64,000 nt of DNA, from the NCBI GenBank assembly GCA_042568575.1, contig JBHPIO010000001.1, positions 128,001 through 192,000 of the forward strand, read 5' to 3'. The translations under genes and the position numbers were made by a program. The notes under the pieces are model-generated. The model worked only from the letters and a program-made list of their open reading frames with translations, was not told where the DNA came from and did no database searches. This document shows positions 18,821-28,789 of this stretch, in pieces. How positions within the stretch are numbered: position 1 is the first letter of the stretch; every line of letters begins with the position of its first letter. The stretch comes from Patescibacteria group bacterium (GTDB lineage Bacteria; Patescibacteriota; Gracilibacteria; UBA1369; PNNO01).

Positions 18821-18930
18821 GCGTGGCCGAGTGGCGCTCGAAAAGTGATAACTTTTCTTTGGTACGCATTTACCTGTACTTTTAGCACAGATAAAGTCTA
18901 CCACGAAAGCTTTAAAATGCAAGTTGGAAA

Positions 18931-20274
18931 CTATCTCAACAGATATTCTTCTTCGAAGATTTGTCCTTGCGGATGAGCATCAACAAATCTGTCTTTATTG
19001 TTTATTCGAATGCGATTCCTTGTAATTTTACCTTTAGCATCCACAACATTCCAAGTATTCATGTCTTTATGCCACATTGCCTGCTTAATAGCTCCAGCAT
19101 CACTTTCTACTGTGATAAGCATTTTAGGGTCTGAAGGTTTTCCGATAATATCTTGAACTTGAACTTTTGCTTGTTCAGCTCGGTTTCTAAATTTAACAAC
19201 ATAGTGATTTCCTACTGTTTCAACATATTGTGGACCAACTAATGATGAAGCGAGCCTCATAACAGGACCCTGAACTTTTTTTGGTTTAAGTTTGTTTGGA
19301 ATCATATCTGCACTTGGAACGTGTTGAGCAAATTGCTGCTGAGTAACTCTTCCTGCGCCAGTGTAAAGTGAATAGTATCTAGCTTTATCAGTTTCAACAA
19401 TAACGTTGCTTGCAGTTACCCTAACCTGCAATTTCGACTTTGGAACTTTGTAAGTTCCTTTTGGCCAACCTCTCATAGCTCTTACTAATGGATAGATATC
19501 ATGAGTAGCTGTAAATCCTTTTTCGATTCTACCGTTTAATGTTGCTAAATGACTGTTTCTTATTCGTGCATTTGCAAGTTCTCTTCGTTCCCTCATTGAA
19601 GGTCTTAAGAATCTCATCATAGTTCTCATTGCATGACGATTAACAACCTTTCCTGCAATACAAAGTGGATAATTCCGCATTGACTTAGGACGTGTAAAAC
19701 TAATTGTAAGTTCACCTTTTGGATTTTTTCTTACAAGAAACGTACGACCTTCAAATCTAGCAGTAGTAAATATGAATTGTTTTGGCAAACGAAGGCTTCT
19801 TTCTATCCGCCATTCAACCGATAGCATTTTCTGTAATGATGAGCTGCTATTTGGCAATCCGCTTATAGCTCTTTTTAAGCTACTCTCATACTTTTTCTTT
19901 TCTTTTTCTAATGGACCGGCAACTTGTTTTAAAGCAGCCTTTAGCTGTCTCAATTTACTTTGCAAGTAAGTCACAGGATTCGATTTTCCAATCGCTTTTC
20001 GAATTTCAGGAGCATTTTTTAATGTCTGACGAATAGTATGCGCAGTATAATAAAGTTGCATATGATCTGAATTCTCATCAATATTGTACTGGCGCATGTA
20101 ATCGTCAGCCACTTTTAGTGTTTGCTTTGCATCTTTAAGTAAGTCAGCATTAACTTCAAGCGCTTTCATATGCTCAGCTCCCCCACCGGCTTCCGGTGAA
20201 CGATAGAACACAAGCTTTGAATATGCTGAGATAATGCTTTCCTCATGCATATTTTGTAGAAATTTAGTAAACAT
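18931..20274 (-). CDS. Basic orphan hypothetical protein
   Basis: Long ORF rich in K/R with no recognised motif; start uncertain (20274 or 20250). Confidence 0.75.
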   Translation of the reverse strand: MFTKFLQNMHEESIISAYSKLVFYRSPEAGGGAEHMKALEVNADLLKDAKQTLKVADDYMRQYNIDENSDHMQLYYTAHTIRQTLKNAPEIRKAIGKSNPVTYLQSKLRQLKAALKQVAGPLEKEKKKYESSLKRAISGLPNSSSSLQKMLSVEWRIERSLRLPKQFIFTTARFEGRTFLVRKNPKGELTISFTRPKSMRNYPLCIAGKVVNRHAMRTMMRFLRPSMRERRELANARIRNSHLATLNGRIEKGFTATHDIYPLVRAMRGWPKGTYKVPKSKLQVRVTASNVIVETDKARYYSLYTGAGRVTQQQFAQHVPSADMIPNKLKPKKVQGPVMRLASSLVGPQYVETVGNHYVVKFRNRAEQAKVQVQDIIGKPSDPKMLITVESDAGAIKQAMWHKDMNTWNVVDAKGKITRNRIRINNKDRFVDAHPQGQIFEEEYLLR

Positions 20275-20400
20275 AATATTTTGTGTTAATTTTTGTTTTA
20301 CCATCATATTATTTTAGCATATTTTAGACATTTTGTTAAGCCCTAACCTTGACATAGCTCTCATTTTCCGTACAATTACCTCCAATCTAAATTATTTACT

Positions 20401-21468
20401 ATGAAACGTTCTTACAAAGACATACCAGAAATTGCTTCTGAAAGAGTAGAATTAGAGGAATTCATAACTGAACCAATAGTTAGGATACAAACAGAAGATG
20501 CTAATGATGCAATAACAGCAGGAGAAATTAATGGTCCTGAGGGCTTTAAACTAAGGGAGCATTGTATTACTGAAGGATCAAAACTTCAATCGCTCTTCAC
20601 AATTCATCCTTATGATAAATTCTCAGAAAAAAAGGTTGAAGGGATAAGCATTATTGATCATTTTGAAATAATTCAACGTTATGGAGACCCAACAATTCTT
20701 AATGAAGCTTATTGGTTAGGAGGAAAAGAATGGGGAGCTTTCCCACTTTTGAATCCAAGTATGATGAGAAAACTATCACGAAAAGAGCTTGAAAAACACT
20801 TTTCAAGAATACGTGATACGCGTGATGCTGAAACATTTATTCAAGAAGGTCCAACATTGATTCTTACAGATAGAGATGATGAAGTTGCGGCATATGATGG
20901 GAGTGTAGAAAGGATTGTTGATACAACTAAAGATAGAGTAAAAGATACTACTTGGGCTGTTAAAAGCACCCCTGGAAGCCCTCATGCAACAAAAGTAGAA
21001 GTAGATGAAAACTCTTCAGCCTCACTAGTATTTAATGTAGCTGAATATCCAATTACAGAGGAAGTTAATCCAAATGGAATTATGTTGTTCTTGGATGGTA
21101 AACATATTACCCCATCCGTTATTGCTCAAATAGTTAGGAAAGCTGGAGTTAGAAATCCACTAGGTATTCATGTTGTTGTTGATGGAGAAATCACATGTAG
21201 TGCTCCACATACACTACCAACACGAGCAATAGAAATGGAAGATTTAAAAAGTCCAGATTATGTGAATATTCTTAAACAAGAAGGCACTTTTATTGGAAAC
21301 GGTATTAGTTCAGCTTTGGAAGGGCACTCACAAGATGCACACATTCATACAAATGTTGGACATATGATTGAAGCAAGCGGGAAAGTACTTGTTTATATAT
21401 CCCCTGCTCGTTCAGAAATAAGGGTTGAATATGCGGATGATGCAATCAAACAACAGGTTACTCAGTAA
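20401..21468 (+). CDS. Hypothetical protein, possible remote alpha-acetolactate-decarboxylase-like Zn fold
   Basis: 355-aa ORF with promoter TTGACA-16-TACAAT (20349-20376); C-terminal GTFIG...HIH..GH motif. Confidence 0.7.
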   Translation: MKRSYKDIPEIASERVELEEFITEPIVRIQTEDANDAITAGEINGPEGFKLREHCITEGSKLQSLFTIHPYDKFSEKKVEGISIIDHFEIIQRYGDPTILNEAYWLGGKEWGAFPLLNPSMMRKLSRKELEKHFSRIRDTRDAETFIQEGPTLILTDRDDEVAAYDGSVERIVDTTKDRVKDTTWAVKSTPGSPHATKVEVDENSSASLVFNVAEYPITEEVNPNGIMLFLDGKHITPSVIAQIVRKAGVRNPLGIHVVVDGEITCSAPHTLPTRAIEMEDLKSPDYVNILKQEGTFIGNGISSALEGHSQDAHIHTNVGHMIEASGKVLVYISPARSEIRVEYADDAIKQQVTQ

Positions 21469-22831
21469 TTTTATAGTCCTCAACAAGTTTTTCGGCAATT
21501 CCAAGATACTTTTCCGGAGTTAGCTTTTTTAGACGTTCAATTTCACGTTTAGGCAATCCAGATTTGTTCAGGAATTTCGTAATACTCGATTTATTAATTG
21601 TTTTGCCACGAGTCAGCTCCTTAAGTTTCTCATAAGGATTTTCTAACTTGTACCTCCTCATAACTGTTTGAATTGGTTCCGCCAAAAGTTCCCATGCATC
21701 TTTTAGGTCGGCTCTTATCGCAGTTTTATCGATTACAAGTTTCTGAAGACCACGTAGAACACTTCGGTATCCAAGCACACTATGTCCAAACGCAGCTCCA
21801 AAGTTTCGAAGCACTGTTGAATCTGTTAAGTCTCTCTGCATTCTGGCAATTGGAAGTTTTGCAGCAAAATGTTCGAAAAGCGCATTCGCAACTCCAAGAT
21901 TCCCTTCACTATTTTCAAAATCAATCGGATTAACTTTATGAGGCATCGCAGACGATCCAACTTCACCTTTCTTAGTTTTCTGTTTGAAATATCCAAAACC
22001 GATGTAGGTCCAGATATCACGATCAAAATCCAATAAAATTGTATTGATTCTCTTAAACGCATCGCATATTTCTGCTACAAAATCATGACACTCAATTTGC
22101 GTTGAATATTCAACAAATTCAAGCCCCAAACCTTGTATAAATTTTTTATTCGCTTCCACCCAATCTACGTTTGGATATGCGATATAATGGGCGTTGTAAT
22201 TCCCGGTTGCTCCATTAAATTTAGCTTTCATCGGAATTGACTCCAAAGCAACGATTTGATTAGCAAGACGATCAACTGTGTTCACAAATTCTTTACCCAT
22301 TGTAGTAGGACTTGCAGGCTGACCATGAGTCCGAGCCATCATTGGAACTCCTTTGTACTTTTCTGCGTGAGAATAAAGAGCCTCCGCAACACCAGTAAGC
22401 ATTGGATAAAGCTCGTTGTGGATAGCACCTTGAAGCATTAACGCATAAGCTGTGTTATTAATATCCTCAGAAGTGCATCCAAAATGAATAAATTCAAAAT
22501 ATTTCTCAAGACCCGAGCCTTTCATTGTCTCTTTTATGTAATACTCAATCGCCTTAACGTCATGATTTGTTTTTTTCTCAATATCTTTTACTCTTTGAGC
22601 CGCAACAAGATCAAAAGTTTCGTATAGCGCACGCAAATCGTTAACCTGAAGAGGCTTTAACTCCTTAGTTCCGCTCAATTTCATTTCATTGCAAAGATGA
22701 ATAAACCATTCAATTTCTACAACAATTCTGTAGCGCATAAGAGCTGCCTCAGAAAAATAGCTTCGAAGTTCCTCGACTTTGTCATTATAACGACCATCAA
22801 GTGGAGAAAGTGCAAATAAGGGGTCTATCAT
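21458..22831 (-). CDS. purB: Adenylosuccinate lyase
   Basis: ALSPLDGRY, TNHDVKAIEY, HFGCTSEDIN, RTHGQPASPTT, GSSAMPHKVNPIDFENSEGN. Confidence 0.97.
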   Translation of the reverse strand: MIDPLFALSPLDGRYNDKVEELRSYFSEAALMRYRIVVEIEWFIHLCNEMKLSGTKELKPLQVNDLRALYETFDLVAAQRVKDIEKKTNHDVKAIEYYIKETMKGSGLEKYFEFIHFGCTSEDINNTAYALMLQGAIHNELYPMLTGVAEALYSHAEKYKGVPMMARTHGQPASPTTMGKEFVNTVDRLANQIVALESIPMKAKFNGATGNYNAHYIAYPNVDWVEANKKFIQGLGLEFVEYSTQIECHDFVAEICDAFKRINTILLDFDRDIWTYIGFGYFKQKTKKGEVGSSAMPHKVNPIDFENSEGNLGVANALFEHFAAKLPIARMQRDLTDSTVLRNFGAAFGHSVLGYRSVLRGLQKLVIDKTAIRADLKDAWELLAEPIQTVMRRYKLENPYEKLKELTRGKTINKSSITKFLNKSGLPKREIERLKKLTPEKYLGIAEKLVEDYKITE

Positions 22832-22838
22832 TTTTAAT

Positions 22839-23291
22839 TTAGTTAAATTTAGCTTTAATACTTTTGATATGTTCTGCAACACGCTTTTTAAGTTCTGGAT
22901 CGCTGTTACTTAGAATTCTCGTTACTGCCATAGCCGCATTTTGTGGATCAACAACCGTTAAAACAGGTGTATCTGAGGGCATTTGAAGTGTCGAATGCAT
23001 ATTAATAAGCATATCCTCTTTGCCAGAAAATGGAGGACAAGCAATAACAGGATGATTACTATTTGCTGCCACAACTCCAGAAAGACCGTTTGAACGACCA
23101 GCAATTGTTATATAACAGATATCTTCATCAGACTCGTTATATTTCTGAACGACTTCAAAAACTTTTTCAGGAACTTTATGAGCGGAGGCAACTGTGATTT
23201 CGTAAGGAATTTTCCATTCATCAAGAATGTTTGTGATTTTTTCAGCGAATACTTTATCAGATTCGCTACCCATAAGTATTGGAACTAACAT
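22839..23291 (-). CDS. purE: AIR carboxylase / N5-CAIR mutase
   Basis: ILMGSESD, VASAHK, IAGRSNGLSG, PVIACPP, STLQMPS. Confidence 0.92.
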   Translation of the reverse strand: MLVPILMGSESDKVFAEKITNILDEWKIPYEITVASAHKVPEKVFEVVQKYNESDEDICYITIAGRSNGLSGVVAANSNHPVIACPPFSGKEDMLINMHSTLQMPSDTPVLTVVDPQNAAMAVTRILSNSDPELKKRVAEHIKSIKAKFN

Positions 23292-23303
23292 ATTGTTTGC
23301 GGT

Positions 23304-24272
23304 TTATTGCATATAAGGTTTAAGATTTTCTGTAACGCGAGCAAGTGGATCCCCCACTTCTCCTTCGAATGTTTTTCCAGTGATAAGTTCGTATGCTTCG
23401 ATATATCTTCGAGCTGCTTCTACTCGCACCTCATCTGGTAACTCAGGAACTTCTCCTTCTCCGATAAATCCTTGATCAGCAAGCCATTCTCGAACATACT
23501 CTTTGTCGATTTTCTTTTGTTCTTCCCCAGCTGCAAAACGTTGATCATATTCGTTCTGGAACCAAAAACGAGAAGAATCAGGTGTGTGAATTTCATCAAT
23601 CAAAATGATTTCACCATCAGGAGTTTTTCCGAATTCGTACTTTGTATCAACAAGGATAATCCCCTGTTTCGCAGCAATCTCAACCCCTCTCTTGAAAAGT
23701 TTCATTGCAACGTCAGCCATGTAATCAAAATCTTCTTCAGTAATTTTTCCTTCTGCTAGAATTTCTTCTTTCGAAGCCGAAACATCATGATCACCATGTG
23801 CAGCTTTTGTAGAAGGAGTTAGGATCGGTTCATCAAATTTTTGGTTCTTTTTTAGGCCTTCAGGTAATTGATTACCGCAGAAATTCCGTACGCCTTTTTC
23901 ATAATTGTACCAAGCAGAAGTTGATGTAACTCCTGTGATGTATCCGCGAACAACCATCTCAACAGGCATTGCCTCACACTGTTTAACAACAATTGCATTT
24001 GGATCCGGTAATTCAATCATATGATTTCCAACAATGTCTTTAGTCTCATCAAACCAAAATGTTGCCATTTGATTAAGAACTTGGCCTTTAAATGGAAGAA
24101 GTGTTATTATTCGATCGAACGCCGAAAGACGGTCTGTAATTACAATAATACGTTTCTCACCTTGAGTGTAGTTATCCCGAACTTTGCCTTCATAACGTTC
24201 ACCCATATTCGTAAAATTAGTTCCCTTAAAGCATAGAGGGAGTTGTTTCTGGAGGTCTTCAACTGAAATCAT
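23304..24272 (-). CDS. purC: SAICAR synthase
   Basis: YEGKVRD, TDRLSAFD, EMVVRGY, LTPSTKA, LVDTKYEFG, IDEIHTPDSSRFW, DKEYVR. Confidence 0.97.
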   Translation of the reverse strand: MISVEDLQKQLPLCFKGTNFTNMGERYEGKVRDNYTQGEKRIIVITDRLSAFDRIITLLPFKGQVLNQMATFWFDETKDIVGNHMIELPDPNAIVVKQCEAMPVEMVVRGYITGVTSTSAWYNYEKGVRNFCGNQLPEGLKKNQKFDEPILTPSTKAAHGDHDVSASKEEILAEGKITEEDFDYMADVAMKLFKRGVEIAAKQGIILVDTKYEFGKTPDGEIILIDEIHTPDSSRFWFQNEYDQRFAAGEEQKKIDKEYVREWLADQGFIGEGEVPELPDEVRVEAARRYIEAYELITGKTFEGEVGDPLARVTENLKPYMQ

Positions 24273-24486
24273 TTGTATTTTGAATTAAATAGTATGTGTG
24301 TCTTAAATTTATATTAATTGTTGGAAAGGATCAATGTTGATTTTGCATGTCGAAAAACCACTTTTCAATTAAAGCGGATTAGGGGTTTTCAGGGCGGCTC
24401 AAACAAATAAATGCTTAAGCGCGCCCCGATAGCCCGAGTTTCAGACGGATTATAGGTGCGCGAAACGCGCGAGGTGGGTCGAGAGG

Positions 24487-24963
24487 TCAGCGGCGGATGG
24501 ACTTGGGCGTGAGCGTGGCCTGGATCGCGAGTCGCCTCACGCGAATCTCGGGCATGCTGGGACAGGACTTCTGCACCGGGAGGACGCAGTCCAAGGCGCG
24601 CCCCCAAAGGTCTTGCTGGAGCCACTTGCTCAGCTGGCCCGCCGGGACGGTACGCATCTTGTCGCGATAGGCCTTAATTTTCTTCAAATCCTGGTGGCCA
24701 ATCCAGCCCTTCGTGGAGTGCGGGTCAGGCCACTTGCACTCGAACTTCACGGGTATGGGGCCGCGCGATTTCGCGAGCACCTCGATCTTGCACTGACGCA
24801 TCTCGAGTTGGATCGCGATGAACCACCTCGCCCTGGGTGTCTCGTTGATGACGCGATTCTCGTACTTGAAGTTGATCTTCGCCGGCTTGGGCTTCTGCAC
24901 AGTCGCCGCACAGCCACCGAGCATCATCACGGCCACGATCATTCCGATGTTTCTCAGCTTCAT
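24487..24963 (-). CDS. GC-rich basic lipoprotein, unknown function
   Basis: Signal peptide MKLRNIGMIVAVMMLGG|C; SD AGAGGAGTGA upstream; high GC. Confidence 0.75.
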   Translation of the reverse strand: MKLRNIGMIVAVMMLGGCAATVQKPKPAKINFKYENRVINETPRARWFIAIQLEMRQCKIEVLAKSRGPIPVKFECKWPDPHSTKGWIGHQDLKKIKAYRDKMRTVPAGQLSKWLQQDLWGRALDCVLPVQKSCPSMPEIRVRRLAIQATLTPKSIRR

Positions 24964-24994
24964 CTCTCACTCCTCTGTTTTACGGGGCGTACCC

Positions 24995-25648
24995 CTACTT
25001 GGTTCTTCTTACGCCTGGCGGTGGTTCCACCAAGCGACTACGTTTCTTGAACTCCTGATGTGCCTTCCTCAAGCATCTGATGCGCTTGGCAGGCAACGGA
25101 AACATCATGCAGATCGACTGATGACTGTTTCTGGTGCAGAGATACGGCAAGCCGTCCCTGTACTTCACCATCATCAGTTGGTGCATAGCAGCCTTCTTGG
25201 CCCAGGTGCCAAACTTGACACCGTTCGACACCATAATCAAGGGTATGAGTTTACCCGATGTCGGACACTTCTTGTGGTGAGTCGTCAGGCTATAGACCGG
25301 AATCGGGTGGATGTACGTAACCGTTCGATTCGGAAACTTGCACACCACGGCGATCTTGGAAGAGTCCCGAATGTAGATAAAGAAGTTTCCGCAGTAGGGA
25401 TTCGCACCCCATGCGGAAATCCAGATCTGAAAGGACTTCCAGACTCTGATGTTCATCTGCCTATACTTCTCGCGCTCCATCGCCTTCTCGATGTCAGGAC
25501 ACTTGGACCGCTTCACGACTTCTACGTCTGCACATGACGATTGTTGATTTGCCCTCCAGCAAGTCAGATATGAACCATTCGAACAAACCGGACCGCAGCC
25601 ACTTAGCAGCAGTCCGATCGCCATCGCAGTCAAAACCAAAGTCTTCAT
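24995..25648 (-). CDS. GC-rich Cys-rich basic lipoprotein, unknown function
   Basis: Signal peptide MKTLVLTAMAIGLLLSG|C; SD AAAGAGGTGA; many Cys. Confidence 0.75.
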   Translation of the reverse strand: MKTLVLTAMAIGLLLSGCGPVCSNGSYLTCWRANQQSSCADVEVVKRSKCPDIEKAMEREKYRQMNIRVWKSFQIWISAWGANPYCGNFFIYIRDSSKIAVVCKFPNRTVTYIHPIPVYSLTTHHKKCPTSGKLIPLIMVSNGVKFGTWAKKAAMHQLMMVKYRDGLPYLCTRNSHQSICMMFPLPAKRIRCLRKAHQEFKKRSRLVEPPPGVRRTK

Positions 25649-25918
25649 GAGATCACCTCTTTCGTTTCGTTATTTGTATGCGAGCACTTCTGGCTCGCAA
25701 TTTTCCGTCTTTTTCTCGGGATTACCACCGGCAACACCGCATGAACCAAAAAAAATCAGTATCAGGGAGTTACCTGGCAGTAAGCCAAGAAAAAGTTTGT
25801 CAAAGGACAAAAAAGGTTACCATTACACCATAACCAAGCCGCGAAGTCAACGTTTTGTTCTTATTTAAATTTTATACTATACTTCCCCTGACAAAATTAT
25901 AACTACTAACGAAATCCT

Positions 25919-27226
25919 ATGAACTCTGATTCTTACAACCTCGGAAATATTGCTGCTGTGATTGGTACCCAATGGGGCGACGAGGGTAAAGGAAAACTGG
26001 TTGATATATTATCTGAAAAATACGACATCATTGCTCGTGCAACTGGAGGAGCAAATGCAGGTCATACAATATATGTTCCAAATCCTTTAAATCCTGAAGA
26101 AACTACTAAATTCGTATTCCACTTGGTTCCATCAGGCATTATTCACGAGGGAAAGATCGCGATAATCGGGAACGGACTTGTTGTTCATCTACCGGCTCTT
26201 TTGGAAGAACTTGATACATTAAAAGAATATAAAATTGATTTAACAGGAAAGCTATTTATTTCAGACCGTGCTCATATTGTTTTTGATTATCATAGAAAAA
26301 TCGACGGACTTGAAGAAGATCAAAAAGGAGACAAGAAAGTTGGAACTACACTTAGAGGAATCGGCCCTGCATACCAAGATAAAGTAGCACGCCGTGGAGT
26401 ACGATTTGGAGAACTCTTAGATTTTGATAAATTCTCTGAACACGTTAGAAGCACTTTTGTTCAACTTCAACGAATGCATAAAGATCTTAAGCACGATATC
26501 GAAAAAGAACTCGAAGAAATTCGAAAAATGCTTGGATTCCTAAGACCCTTCATCATTGATACTGCGCTTTATCTACACAAAGCCAACAAAGAAGGAAAAA
26601 CTATTTTAATTGAAGGAGCAAATGGAACTCATCTTGATATCGACCACGGAACTTATCCGTTTGTGACATCTTCAAACCCTACATCTGGAGGGCTTCACAC
26701 AGGACTTGGAATTGGAGCAAACAAAATCAATAGTGTTGTTGGAATAATGAAAGCATACACAACAAGAGTTGGAGGAGGAGTATTCCCTACCGAGCTTCAC
26801 GATGACCTTGGAGAAGCAATTCGCCAAAAAGGTGGTGAATTCGGTGCAACAACCGGACGTCCACGAAGATGCGGATGGTTCGATGCCGTTGTTGGAAGAT
26901 ACGCTGTTATGATAAACGGACTTACCTCAGTTAACTTAACTAAACTTGATATCCTGGATGATCTTGAGAAAATCAAAATCTGCACAGGGTACAAGTACAA
27001 AGGAAATCAACTCGAATCAATGCCTCCAACAATTCCAATGTACGAAGATCTAGAACTTGAATACATGGAAATGGATGGATGGATGGAAGATACATCTAAA
27101 GCAAAAACATTCGAAGACCTTCCTGAGAACGCTCAAAAATATGTTCTCAAACTTGAAGAACTTGTTGAATGCCCTATGCAATTTATCGGTGTTGGAGTAC
27201 GAAGAGATCAAATGATTGTTAGATAG
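25919..27226 (+). CDS. purA: Adenylosuccinate synthetase
   Basis: GTQWGDEGKGK, GGANAGHT, GTTLRGIGPAY, GTYPFVTSS, GATTGRPRRCGWFD. Confidence 0.98.
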   Translation: MNSDSYNLGNIAAVIGTQWGDEGKGKLVDILSEKYDIIARATGGANAGHTIYVPNPLNPEETTKFVFHLVPSGIIHEGKIAIIGNGLVVHLPALLEELDTLKEYKIDLTGKLFISDRAHIVFDYHRKIDGLEEDQKGDKKVGTTLRGIGPAYQDKVARRGVRFGELLDFDKFSEHVRSTFVQLQRMHKDLKHDIEKELEEIRKMLGFLRPFIIDTALYLHKANKEGKTILIEGANGTHLDIDHGTYPFVTSSNPTSGGLHTGLGIGANKINSVVGIMKAYTTRVGGGVFPTELHDDLGEAIRQKGGEFGATTGRPRRCGWFDAVVGRYAVMINGLTSVNLTKLDILDDLEKIKICTGYKYKGNQLESMPPTIPMYEDLELEYMEMDGWMEDTSKAKTFEDLPENAQKYVLKLEELVECPMQFIGVGVRRDQMIVR

Positions 27227-27228
27227 GC

Positions 27229-28665
27229 CTAGCTTGTTTTAAGAAGCTTATCCATATCAACATTTTCTAGTTCGCGAAGATTCTTTAGGAATCTTCCAAC
27301 ATATCTGCTGTTTGAAGTTGTTTGTCTTACAACAGTTCTAAATTCGCTTTTTCCATTATTTCTTCTCCCCTGCCAAGTCTTACCATGAAGATATTTGTCG
27401 TAGTATTTATTTGCATCAGCACTATTTGTTGGAAATAGAATTCCCTTTCTCAAATTTTCTCTATATACACGAGATCCTCCAACTCCTCGGTAATGTCTTA
27501 AATACAGCATATATCCCCACTGCCTTTTCATCATATCGTTTGGTGCATTTTTAATGTTGTCACAAATTTCTAGCATCTGGATATCCCTTCTTGAACGACG
27601 CCATCCTGCAAGGTACTGATATACGTGTGCTATTGTCTGATGGAAAACACTTAGATGTTCCGCCCTTACTCTTGGCATATCCACACCTTCAAGCGCATTG
27701 TAGTTAATCCCGGGAACTCTTCTTCTTCTAGCAATTGATTTTTGCACACCTTCGCTGCTACCTCGTCCTAAATAGTACCTTGTAAAAAGTTGAAACATTC
27801 CTCGCTCAGGACCTTTAACTTTTCTTCCACGTAATTGAGCCAAAGCCATAGGATTGTATCCAGATTCAGTACGTGCAGTAGCATCGAAATGAGCTATAAA
27901 TATTTTCCAATATCTTTTTGGAATATTGAACATTTTTAACGCAACTTTAACAGCCTCTAAATAATCATATTCCTTCTGAAAACTTTTTAATCGATCAACA
28001 ATATTCATTCTAAAACGTCTTCGCGCTTTAGCTCTTTCAGCTTTGTAGATCTTATATTGCTCCGGAGTCAATGTATCTCCCTGCCTAATTGGAAACGGTA
28101 GCGCTCCCCTTTTCCTTCTTTCCGGACGGGAAATAATTGCAGGCAGTACAACTAACGGCGCTGCTCCAGGAGTTACATATCTTGTCCGTTTTTTGGGTCT
28201 AGAAGCAATTGGTGCTGAGCCACCTGATGATCCAGGCAAATTATAGCTGCGAGCAAATTTCTTTCTTTTATCTTTATAAAAACCTTTAAAAAATTTCTTT
28301 AAAGTTGCACATTTTTTATTTCGCAATAATTCACTTTCAGTGAATTCACCAAATTTCACATCTATTGATTCAGGATAACCGCTTAACTCCGACCTTCCAC
28401 TTTTAGGGATAAGTGGGAATTTCAGCTTCATCTGAATATATAGCACATTAAAAAACATGTCATCGGATGGACTCTTAAGTCCCAAAAACTTAGCAGCCTT
28501 CTTTAAAAACTCGTTCGGCTTATGTTTAGGATGTAGCCTCGAAGCCAAATATCTTCGAGTATATGCAACTCTGCTGGCCTTGGTCTTCACCATATCCTTA
28601 TAATAAACCGATTCTTTAAGCTCGGGAGCCGATTTAGCCGATAAAACTTCAAGTCTGCTTGTCAT
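27229..28665 (-). CDS. Highly basic protein with a lysozyme-like/SLT lytic transglycosylase domain
   Basis: ATARTESGYNPMA (catalytic E-S motif) followed by ERGMFQL (GLMQ-like motif). Confidence 0.65.
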   Translation of the reverse strand: MTSRLEVLSAKSAPELKESVYYKDMVKTKASRVAYTRRYLASRLHPKHKPNEFLKKAAKFLGLKSPSDDMFFNVLYIQMKLKFPLIPKSGRSELSGYPESIDVKFGEFTESELLRNKKCATLKKFFKGFYKDKRKKFARSYNLPGSSGGSAPIASRPKKRTRYVTPGAAPLVVLPAIISRPERRKRGALPFPIRQGDTLTPEQYKIYKAERAKARRRFRMNIVDRLKSFQKEYDYLEAVKVALKMFNIPKRYWKIFIAHFDATARTESGYNPMALAQLRGRKVKGPERGMFQLFTRYYLGRGSSEGVQKSIARRRRVPGINYNALEGVDMPRVRAEHLSVFHQTIAHVYQYLAGWRRSRRDIQMLEICDNIKNAPNDMMKRQWGYMLYLRHYRGVGGSRVYRENLRKGILFPTNSADANKYYDKYLHGKTWQGRRNNGKSEFRTVVRQTTSNSRYVGRFLKNLRELENVDMDKLLKTS

Positions 28666-28789
28666 GTTTGTTTTTATATTAGATTTCTTATCATTTTAGC
28701 AAAAAATAGCCATTTTTTCAATACCTAGCCCTCTTAAAACCTTGTATTTTACTTTTATTTCACTAAAATAGCGATGTACCAATTGTTGT

